Below, piece by piece: positions 1 to 7,734 of a DNA stretch of 64,000 bases. Below the pieces are notes generated by a model that was given only the letters and a program-made list of their open reading frames with translations, had not been told where the DNA came from and did not search any database. Within the stretch, counting starts at the first letter, position 1, and every line of letters begins with the position of its first letter. The position numbers were made by a program, and so were the translations under genes. Source of the DNA: Candidatus Latescibacterota bacterium (GTDB lineage: Bacteria > Latescibacterota > UBA2968 > UBA8231); NCBI GenBank assembly GCA_964291625.2, contig OZ220089.1, positions 160,001-224,000 on the forward strand, written 5' to 3'.

Positions 1-830
1 GCGAAGATGAACTCCTGAAAGGAGGCCGGGCCCTCGAAGCGGGCGCGGTCGAAGGAGACCTGGCGCTCGGCGCGGGCCTTGTCGAAGCGGGCGGTCCCGG
101 CGAAGACGGACTCCCAGAAGAGGAGGCGGCCCCAGAAGCGGGACCCGGCGAAGGAGAGATCCGACCACTCCGTCTCCTTGAAGGAGGCGACGTCGCCGAA
201 GGTCGCGCTGCGGAAGTCCGCGGGGACGCCGAAACGGGCGCCCTCGAAGTAGGCGCCGCTGCGGAACCGGACCCGGCGGAAGGTGCTCTCCGCGCCCTCG
301 AAGCGGGTCTCGATGAAGGAGCCGACCCCCAGGAACTCGCTGTCGGTGAAGTCGGCTCCGGCGAGGAAGGCCGCCCCTCTCAGGTTGGCCTGCCGCTCGA
401 CCTTGATGGACCCGAAGCCGGCGGCGGCGTCGAACCGCGCCCCCTGGAGGGAGAGGCCCCCGCCGAAGACCGATCCCTGGACCCGCACGGGGGCCAGGAA
501 GACGACGCGAGGCAGAGAGACCTCCCCCGTAAAGCGCACGTCCTCCAGGTCGAGGGGGCGACGAACCGTGTCGAGCCCGGCCGACGCCCCGTCGAGGAAG
601 CCCGTGACCTCGGCGTGACGGAGCCGGATGGGGGCCTCCGAGTCGCGCCCCATCCCGGCCAGAAGATCCGCCGCGGACAGCCGGGTGCGAGCCTCTTCGG
701 GCGGCGAAGGGGCCGCCGCCGGGACCGGCCAGGGGAGGCCGAGACAGAGAATTGCCGGGAGGAACCAGGGGAATCCCCGTGGAGAAAGCCCGCCGGGGCG
801 GGTGCGATGTCCTCCTCTGGGAGCAGGCAT
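1..830 (-). CDS. Pentapeptide-repeat protein with N-terminal signal-like segment (runs off the left edge)
   Basis: Manual translation from ATG at 830: MPAPRGG...FPWFLPAILCLGLPWPVPAAA, then repeats such as GADFTDSEF, GAYFEGARFGVPADFRSATFGDVASF, VSFDRARFEGPASF. Not in the ORF track because there is no stop in the window. Confidence 0.8.
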   Translation of the reverse strand, partial: MPAPRGGHRTRPGGLSPRGFPWFLPAILCLGLPWPVPAAAPSPPEEARTRLSAADLLAGMGRDSEAPIRLRHAEVTGFLDGASAGLDTVRRPLDLEDVRFTGEVSLPRVVFLAPVRVQGSVFGGGLSLQGARFDAAAGFGSIKVERQANLRGAAFLAGADFTDSEFLGVGSFIETRFEGAESTFRRVRFRSGAYFEGARFGVPADFRSATFGDVASFKETEWSDLSFAGSRFWGRLLFWESVFAGTARFDKARAERQVSFDRARFEGPASFQEFIF

Positions 831-932
831 GGCGGTCCGGGTCTACGGCGAGCGGAAGTCCTTCCGGCTTGGACAGAGATTCGACAAAGGGCCACCTTGA
901 CGCAACCGTTGCCCCCCGTCCTCCCATGCAGT

Positions 933-960
933 TTGATAGCGTCCTGCCCCGATATACTAT
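933..960 (+). promoter_or_regulatory. Putative sigma70-type promoter for the 1070-15334 operon
   Basis: TTGATA (933-938), 16-nt spacer, TACTAT (955-960) in an AT-enriched intergenic region. Confidence 0.5.
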
Positions 961-1021
961 TCATAGTGCAGCACAGGAACTTGGATGGTGTCCGGAGTCC
1001 TTTTTGCGGACCCCGTCCGTT

Positions 1022-1056
1022 ACCCTAACTTAGGGCCTGCCACCCGTAAAACGGGC
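1022..1056. promoter_or_regulatory. Two tandem palindromes, candidate operator pair
   Basis: ACCCTAACTTAGGGC (1022-1036) and ACCCGTAAAACGGGC (1042-1056), 20 bp apart, just upstream of ATG 1070. Confidence 0.35.
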
Positions 1057-1069
1057 TGAAGCGAAGCTC

Positions 1070-3250
1070 ATGAAACCTCTTGCCCTCTGCGCCAGCGCCG
1101 TTCTCGTGCTCAGCACGGCCGCCTCCGCCGAGGTCGTCGTCCTGGGGGGCCCCGGGAGTCCCTGGGAGGAGGGCGGAGGCGGGATCCCGGCGCAGGTGAT
1201 CCGCGGCGAGTCCGTGGAGGACACCAACACCCCGGGCGGCGTCATCGACTTCTCGGTCGAGGGCTACGACAACTGGATCTTTCCCCAGCGCGCCGACCCG
1301 GAGCTGAACATCGCGGTCGGTACCCTCGGGCGCGGCGGCGAGATCTCCACTCCCACCCACCGGGCCATCCGCAACGATCTCGGGAAGATCATCGACGACA
1401 GAGGCACCACAGGGCTGGATCTCCGCGAGACACCGGTCCTGGGCCTGATCGTCGACCTGGATCTCGGCGCCCGCTTCGGGGTCAATCGCTTCCGCTTCTT
1501 CCCCCGCAACGCCCTTCCGGAGATGCCGGCCGCCGACTTCCCCTTCCAGAACGACTTCCTGCGCGGCTACGAGCTCTTCCTCAACGACGGCACACCCGAG
1601 TCGGCAAGCCAGGGAAGGCCGATCCTCACGAGCGTGGCCGTGGAGGGGCAGAACGAGGAACCCGTCGTCGAGATCCGCATCCCGGCCCAGTACGTCCGGC
1701 TCATCCGCCTCAAGTCGCTCACCGCGGTCGGATTCGACCTGGCCGAGTTCCAGGTCTTCGGGACCGGTTTCGTGCCCGAGGCGGCCTACATCTCCAACAT
1801 CATCGACTTCGGCGCGCCGACCCTTCTCGGCAACCTCCGCTGGGCCCAGGATAAGGTGGGAGACGAGGTCTTCTCACGGATCAGGGTGCGCACCCGCTCG
1901 GGGATCGACCCCCAGCCCCTGATCTTCAACAAGATCCGCCCCGCCGAGGACATCTTCCGCATCTCCGGCCAGTTCTCTCCGCGAGAGTCCCACGTGCCCT
2001 GGAAGTTCGCCGACAAGGTCGACGACCCCGAGCTCAAGGCGCTCGTCGAGAACGTCCTGGACAACATCGATGTCGACATCCGCGACGCCACCCAGACTTT
2101 CAACGAGCTGTCCCTCGAACAGCGCGAGGAGCTCAGTCTGACCGAGGCGGACCACGGATCCCTGGCCCGGAAGGACAGGGGCGCGATCCGCCACGACGTG
2201 ACCGGCTGGAGCGAGTGGTCAGCGGTCTATCCCGCCGAGGCCGTGGTCGCGGCCGACGACCTCGAGGTGGAAGGGCTCGGCGTCCCGATCGTCTCGCCCA
2301 GTCCGCGGCGGTACTTCCAGGTACTGATCGAGTTCTACAGCGATGAGTTCGAATCGGCCACCGGCGTCGGCGGACTCGCCTTCGACGTTCTCACCCGGCC
2401 CTTCTCCCGGGCTCTCGTCGGGGAGATCCGGCCGCGAAGGACGGAACTCGGGGAGAAGACCCGGTTCACCTACGCGGTCCGCACCCTCTTCGAGCCGGGC
2501 CGCGACCGGGGTTTTGACCGGTTGAAGATCCAGACGCCCCTGCGCGTGGAGGAGGTGGGATCGGTGGAGATCCGGCGGTCCGACGGCACCGTGGAGTCGG
2601 CGGACTTCACCGGCAGCTCCCTGTCGGACCCGAGTCTGCCCGTGGCCCGGGGAGACTTCTCCATCCTCGAGGTGGAGGAGAAGTCCTTCACCGTAGGGTT
2701 CCCGGCCGTGGCCGAGGACGGGGTCGAGCTGCGCGTCACCTTCGACAACGCCGTGCTCCGCTTCGGCACGACCTTCTCCGGCCAGGCCCTGAACTCGGAG
2801 ACCGGCAACCTGCTGGGACAGCACCTTCTCCCCGGCAACGCCGCCGATCTGGGAGAGGGCGACGGCGACACCCTCCCGCTGGGCTCGCAGGTGGCGGGCA
2901 ACCTGGCCGTAAACGTGGGGATCACCGACGACCTCCTCGTCAACGTGAAAGCCTCGCCGGCGGTGATCACGCCCAACGGTGACGGGGCCAACGACGAGAG
3001 CTCGATCGGCTACGACCTGACCACGATCGGCGCGCCGACGCCGGTGGAGGTCGTCCTTCGCGACCTCTCCGGCCGTCCGGTCCGCCGCCTGTACGCCGGG
3101 AACGACGTGAGCGGACGCTTCGCCCTGCCCTGGGACGGCCGCGATGACTCCGGCCGGATCGTGCCGCCGGGAAACTACGTCTTCAGCGTGACGGTTGACG
3201 CGAAGACGGGACAGGCGCGGGCCTTCGGCACCGTCGCCGTGACCTACTAG
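1070..3250 (+). CDS. Secreted protein with discoidin-like N-terminal region and C-terminal TPNGDGxND/FlgD-Ig domain (paralog A1)
   Basis: 726 aa. Signal peptide MKPLALCASAVLVLSTAASA. C-terminus VITPNGDGANDE...LSGRPVRRL...WDGRDDSGRIVPPGNY...VAVTY. Confidence 0.8.
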   Translation: MKPLALCASAVLVLSTAASAEVVVLGGPGSPWEEGGGGIPAQVIRGESVEDTNTPGGVIDFSVEGYDNWIFPQRADPELNIAVGTLGRGGEISTPTHRAIRNDLGKIIDDRGTTGLDLRETPVLGLIVDLDLGARFGVNRFRFFPRNALPEMPAADFPFQNDFLRGYELFLNDGTPESASQGRPILTSVAVEGQNEEPVVEIRIPAQYVRLIRLKSLTAVGFDLAEFQVFGTGFVPEAAYISNIIDFGAPTLLGNLRWAQDKVGDEVFSRIRVRTRSGIDPQPLIFNKIRPAEDIFRISGQFSPRESHVPWKFADKVDDPELKALVENVLDNIDVDIRDATQTFNELSLEQREELSLTEADHGSLARKDRGAIRHDVTGWSEWSAVYPAEAVVAADDLEVEGLGVPIVSPSPRRYFQVLIEFYSDEFESATGVGGLAFDVLTRPFSRALVGEIRPRRTELGEKTRFTYAVRTLFEPGRDRGFDRLKIQTPLRVEEVGSVEIRRSDGTVESADFTGSSLSDPSLPVARGDFSILEVEEKSFTVGFPAVAEDGVELRVTFDNAVLRFGTTFSGQALNSETGNLLGQHLLPGNAADLGEGDGDTLPLGSQVAGNLAVNVGITDDLLVNVKASPAVITPNGDGANDESSIGYDLTTIGAPTPVEVVLRDLSGRPVRRLYAGNDVSGRFALPWDGRDDSGRIVPPGNYVFSVTVDAKTGQARAFGTVAVTY

Positions 3251-3262
3251 GGAGGAGCGAGC

Positions 3263-6079
3263 TTGAGGGCAATCAGGCTTCTCGCCGTCACCGCCGCGCT
3301 GCTGTCCAGCGCCCCGGTGCTCGGCCAGCAGGACTACGGAACGCGGCTCGGACTCCAGCGCGGGGGCGAGGTGAGCTTCGCGCCCCAGGGTTCCGGGGTG
3401 CTCTTCGGGGCCCTCGATCCCTCGATCAAGAAGTGGTACATCCCGCAGGAGCTGTTCAACTACTACGGCTGGCGCCAGTGGGAGTACACCAACTACGCCC
3501 GGGAGCCCTACCAGCGCTACGTGGGAACGAACCGGGAAGGCGATTTCTTCTACGACGTCTACGGCAACTTCACCACCCACGGCTGGCTCATCTACGACTG
3601 GCGGCAGTTCCAGCCCCAGTCCGAGGGCAGCGGCATCTTCCAGTCGACTCGCTTCAACTCCTGGTTCAACGCGGTCACCGTCAGCGGCGACTCCCAGGGG
3701 CAGTACGCCTACTCCATCACCGTGGGGGACCGCATCCGCACGACCCTGACGCCGATGACCTTCTCCAAGCCGGGGTTCAACGGGGTGCAGATCGACTTCT
3801 CCTCCGACAAGTACCACGCCACGGTGCTGTCGTCGCGCATCAGCGAACCGATCCACGGCTCCTCCCAGGGCCTGGCGGGTGTCACCGCGCCGACCCGGCG
3901 GACGAACCTCACCTCCCTCTTCGGAGGCCGCGCCACCTTCCAGGTGGGCGACTTCATCCTCCTGGGCGCCACCGTGGTGAACGCCACCAACGGCACCACC
4001 GTCCTCGACATGTTCGACGGCGACCCGGTGGCCGGCAACCTGACCTCGGGGCAGAGCACGGCCCCCCTCACGGCGATCGCCGTCGTCCTGAGCGACGACT
4101 CGCCCGAGGACGGCAGCGGAGGCGCCGCCCTCTTCAGCCACGACGTGCGAATCACGGCGCGGAACTTCGACACGGGGGCGGAGACGGTCTACACGCTGAG
4201 CGACGTGGTGCGCCCCGGCAGCCAGTGGCCCATCGTCTTCGGTGGCGCCCCGGGCTCAGGCTTCCTCGCCGCCGACGGCGAGGAGCGCATCATCCTCAAC
4301 TACGACTTCAACGACCCGGCTTTCGCCCCGCCCGCGGGAGTCGATCCCACGACGATCGTCAGGATCGAGTTCGACTACGTCCTGGCCAACGACTACAAGG
4401 TCGAGTTGTGGTCCGACCGGCAGAGTGCCCGCCGGGGCATTCCCCAGGCTCCGCTCACCGCGGATGTCATCGACGAGGCCAGGCCCGCCCTCCTCACCCT
4501 GCGCCGGGCCGAGGGCAACGTCGCCGACCTGACGAACCTGCAGCGCATCCGCTTCGACTACGGGCTGCCTACGGCCAACCTCGTGGGCGGCTTCACCATC
4601 GAGGGGACCGGTCTCTTCGGCCTCGATTTCTACGGGGAGTGGGACCGCAACAAGCGCTACACCCAGTATCCGAACGCCGAGCTTTTCAATCTGCGGGAGC
4701 AGCACAAGATCGCGTCGGAGTCGTCAGACGCCTGGTACGTCAACCTGTCGCGGGACGAGTATCCCTGGTTCGCCTTCGGCGAGGCCTACTCCATCGACGG
4801 CGCCTACTCGACCACGGCCTACCTGGTCAACAACGAGGGCAACACCGTCTACGACGACACCCAGCTCTATTTCTACGAGTTCGTCGATGACAACGACGAC
4901 CAGGACAGTGCCCCGGACTGGATCCGTTTCGACTCGCCCAGGGACCGGGCCATCTACCCGGGGTGGGACCAGAACAACGACTTCATCTCCGACTTCAACC
5001 AGAACGACAACGCCTCGGCGAACAACACCATCCCCGACTACGACGAGCCCTTCCTACGCTATCGCGTCGATCGTCCGGAGTTCCTCTTCGGCATCGATCT
5101 GAACAACAACGACTGGATCGACCGATTCGAGGACGACGACCTGCCCGACTATCCATACAAGCCCGACCGGCAGGGCTACAACGCCTTCGCCGGCTACCAC
5201 CTGACCCCCTGGGCGCGGCTCTCCCTGGGCCGAACCGACGAAGAGTCGCCCTCCTCCGACGCGGCGAACCAGACGAACTACGCCCTCTTCACCGTCGATT
5301 GGCAGCAGGCGGGCCTCGGCCGTCTGCGCCTCTTCGACATGCTCAAGCTGGCCCGTGACACGATCCCCGACGACCGCCGGGAGCCCACCCCCCATGTCCT
5401 GGCCCTCACCGTCCAGCCCCTCGTGCGGGACATCCTGCCCGCCCAGGACACCTGGGTGAACTCGGCTTACGCCGAGCTGATTTTCGAGGGCGTCCCCCGG
5501 CTCCAGATGGTGCACAAGCTGAAGTGGGAGACCTACCGGCAGAACATGGAGGGCCCACGCGACAGCGACGGCCGGCGCCTGCGGAGCGAGACCGACTTCT
5601 TCGGTCTCATCAACAAGGCCGACTACACCCTCGGCCTGGGACGGTTCGACCTGCAGCCGCGGATCAAGAGCGAGTACCTGAGACGCCAGGCCTTTGCCCT
5701 GGTGGACCCACGCAGGGAGGAGTGGACCCTCACTCTGCAGCTCATCGGACGCCTGCCCGTCATGCGCCACACCGTCATCGAATCCGGCCTGGAGCAGCTC
5801 TGGTTCGGCGACCTGGTGCAGGACGAGGATACCCTTCTGGCCGAGGCGTTGCAGCGAGAGACGGGCGACTGGCGCTCGACCAACGTGGCCTTCCAACTGT
5901 CGACAACCTCCGACTACCTCGGCTACAAGCTCACGACCCAGGTCGGCTTGCGCCTGGGTCGCATTCTCACCGAGCAGGTCGTCGAGGAGGACGATCGTCC
6001 GGGCTCATTCGTCCTCGAGAACCAGGGGAAGACCGAGACGACGACTTTCATCACCGTCTACGCGGGGCTTGAGCAGTGA
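3263..6079 (+). CDS. Large secreted, putative outer-membrane protein with Asp-rich Ca-binding-like motifs (paralog B1)
   Basis: 938 aa, TTG start after GGAGG. Signal peptide, aromatic-rich amphipathic beta segments, DDNDDQD, DQNNDFISDFNQN, DLNNNDWID, C-terminal strand TTFITVYAGL. Confidence 0.75.
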   Translation: MRAIRLLAVTAALLSSAPVLGQQDYGTRLGLQRGGEVSFAPQGSGVLFGALDPSIKKWYIPQELFNYYGWRQWEYTNYAREPYQRYVGTNREGDFFYDVYGNFTTHGWLIYDWRQFQPQSEGSGIFQSTRFNSWFNAVTVSGDSQGQYAYSITVGDRIRTTLTPMTFSKPGFNGVQIDFSSDKYHATVLSSRISEPIHGSSQGLAGVTAPTRRTNLTSLFGGRATFQVGDFILLGATVVNATNGTTVLDMFDGDPVAGNLTSGQSTAPLTAIAVVLSDDSPEDGSGGAALFSHDVRITARNFDTGAETVYTLSDVVRPGSQWPIVFGGAPGSGFLAADGEERIILNYDFNDPAFAPPAGVDPTTIVRIEFDYVLANDYKVELWSDRQSARRGIPQAPLTADVIDEARPALLTLRRAEGNVADLTNLQRIRFDYGLPTANLVGGFTIEGTGLFGLDFYGEWDRNKRYTQYPNAELFNLREQHKIASESSDAWYVNLSRDEYPWFAFGEAYSIDGAYSTTAYLVNNEGNTVYDDTQLYFYEFVDDNDDQDSAPDWIRFDSPRDRAIYPGWDQNNDFISDFNQNDNASANNTIPDYDEPFLRYRVDRPEFLFGIDLNNNDWIDRFEDDDLPDYPYKPDRQGYNAFAGYHLTPWARLSLGRTDEESPSSDAANQTNYALFTVDWQQAGLGRLRLFDMLKLARDTIPDDRREPTPHVLALTVQPLVRDILPAQDTWVNSAYAELIFEGVPRLQMVHKLKWETYRQNMEGPRDSDGRRLRSETDFFGLINKADYTLGLGRFDLQPRIKSEYLRRQAFALVDPRREEWTLTLQLIGRLPVMRHTVIESGLEQLWFGDLVQDEDTLLAEALQRETGDWRSTNVAFQLSTTSDYLGYKLTTQVGLRLGRILTEQVVEEDDRPGSFVLENQGKTETTTFITVYAGLEQ

Positions 6080-7734
6080 GGCGTCTGCTCGTACCGGCGG
6101 CCGGACTCGCCCTCGTCATCTCCGGGTGCGGTTCCGATCCGGGGGAGCCCGTCCTGGCCACCGTCGCCGGCGATCCGATCACCCTCTCCGAGTTCCGCTC
6201 CTTCGCCGAGCGCATCCCGGAGGGTATGAAGGAAGGCGAGACGCCCTACGAGCGGGACCGCCAGCTCCTGGAGAGCCTGGTAGACAGGGAGCTGCTGCTG
6301 AAGGCCGCGTTGGACACCGGCGTCGAGTCCGACCCCGAGGTGCAGGACGATCTGGAGCAGTTCGAGCACCGGTACCTCCGCAAGCTGCACTATCGGGAGT
6401 ACATCGCCCGCCGGGTGACGATCACGCCGGAGGAAGTGGAGGCTCACCATCGCGCCACCGGGCGCCACCGGGCCCTGCGGCTGGGCGCCATCATGCTGCA
6501 TGAAGCGGCCGAGGCGGACTCGATTCACGCCCTCCTGAAGGCTGGAGCCGACTTCAAGACCCTGGCGAGAAAGCACTCGGTCCACGAGCCGACAGCCCCG
6601 AAAGGAGGAGACTTCGGCACCTATCTCGTCCGGGATTACATGCCCCCGGTGGCCGGCAAGGTGGCCGCAGACCTCGAGGTGGGGGCCTTCACCGAGCCCT
6701 TGCGCGAGACTCTGCGCCGCGTGGGCCGCTTCCACGTGATCTACATGGTTATCGACGAGGTCCCCTCCCCCCTGAGCGCTTCCGAGGGGATCGTCGTCGA
6801 GGAAGTGGCCCGGCGCAAGAGCGACGAGCGCATGCTGGAGTACCTCGACTCCCTGCGGTCCGTCTACCCCGTCCGGGTGCGCGGCGCGACGGTGCGCCTG
6901 GCGGCGGAGCGGATCTCCGAAGCCGGGGAAACCGGCCCCGACCTGAGCGACGCGGAAGTCGGGGAGGTGATCGCCACCTACGGCGACCGGGAGGTCACGT
7001 TGGGCCGTTTCTTCGAGATGGCGCGCCAGGCGCAGGCGAAGGGAGTCGAAGAGGCGGACAGCCTCGCCATCGCGCAACTGCTGGACGACCAGATCCTCTC
7101 GGAGCTGTTCATCCAGGCCGAGATCGAGGCCGCCGGGCTGCGGGAGGAGGCCGGCCTCCGCAAGGCGGTGGGCCTCAAGCGGCAGGAATTGCTCGTCACC
7201 GCCCTGCGGCGCCGCGAGGTGACCAGTCACGTCCGCGCTTCCGACGAAGAGGCCCGTCGGTTCTACGACGAGAATCCGGACCAGTTCACCCGGCCGGAGT
7301 ACACCTCCGTCGTCGAGATCGTCGTCGCCTCCGACACCATGGCCATGCGCCTGCGGCAGGAGCTGGAGGAGGGCGCCGACGCCGAGACGCTGGCGGCGGA
7401 GCACACCCTGCGCCCGGGGGCCGCCCATCACAACGGCCGGCTCAACGTGAGCATCTTCACCCGGAGCTTCTTTCCCGTCCTGGCCGAGAAGGTTTCCGAG
7501 GTGGAGGTCGGCGGCGTCGGAGGCCCCTTCGAGGTAGCCATGGGGCATTCCGTCTTCAAGGTGCTGGAGCGGGAGGCCTACAAGGACCCCTACAACGAGG
7601 AGTCGAAGCGCCGCGCCAGGGCCTACGTGCGCATCGCCAAGGCCCAGCGAGGGTACTCGGAGTATGTCCGCGGTCTCCGCGAGGAGTATCCCGTGCAGAT
7701 CTTCGAGGATCGGCTGCGAAGGATCGAGGGATGA
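6076..7734 (+). CDS. PrsA/SurA-like parvulin (PpiC-type) lipoprotein chaperone with two rotamase-like domains
   Basis: 552 aa. Lipobox LVISG-C, VLATVAGDPIT SurA/PrsA-like start, GADFKTLARKHS...GGDFG. GTGA and ATGA overlaps with both neighbours. Confidence 0.8.
   Translation: MRRLLVPAAGLALVISGCGSDPGEPVLATVAGDPITLSEFRSFAERIPEGMKEGETPYERDRQLLESLVDRELLLKAALDTGVESDPEVQDDLEQFEHRYLRKLHYREYIARRVTITPEEVEAHHRATGRHRALRLGAIMLHEAAEADSIHALLKAGADFKTLARKHSVHEPTAPKGGDFGTYLVRDYMPPVAGKVAADLEVGAFTEPLRETLRRVGRFHVIYMVIDEVPSPLSASEGIVVEEVARRKSDERMLEYLDSLRSVYPVRVRGATVRLAAERISEAGETGPDLSDAEVGEVIATYGDREVTLGRFFEMARQAQAKGVEEADSLAIAQLLDDQILSELFIQAEIEAAGLREEAGLRKAVGLKRQELLVTALRRREVTSHVRASDEEARRFYDENPDQFTRPEYTSVVEIVVASDTMAMRLRQELEEGADAETLAAEHTLRPGAAHHNGRLNVSIFTRSFFPVLAEKVSEVEVGGVGGPFEVAMGHSVFKVLEREAYKDPYNEESKRRARAYVRIAKAQRGYSEYVRGLREEYPVQIFEDRLRRIEG

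Noticed and set aside
2963-3250. A proteins as flagellar hook-cap FlgD
   Set aside because: Only the C-terminal Ig-like domain is similar. The proteins have Sec signal peptides and there are no flagellar genes nearby.
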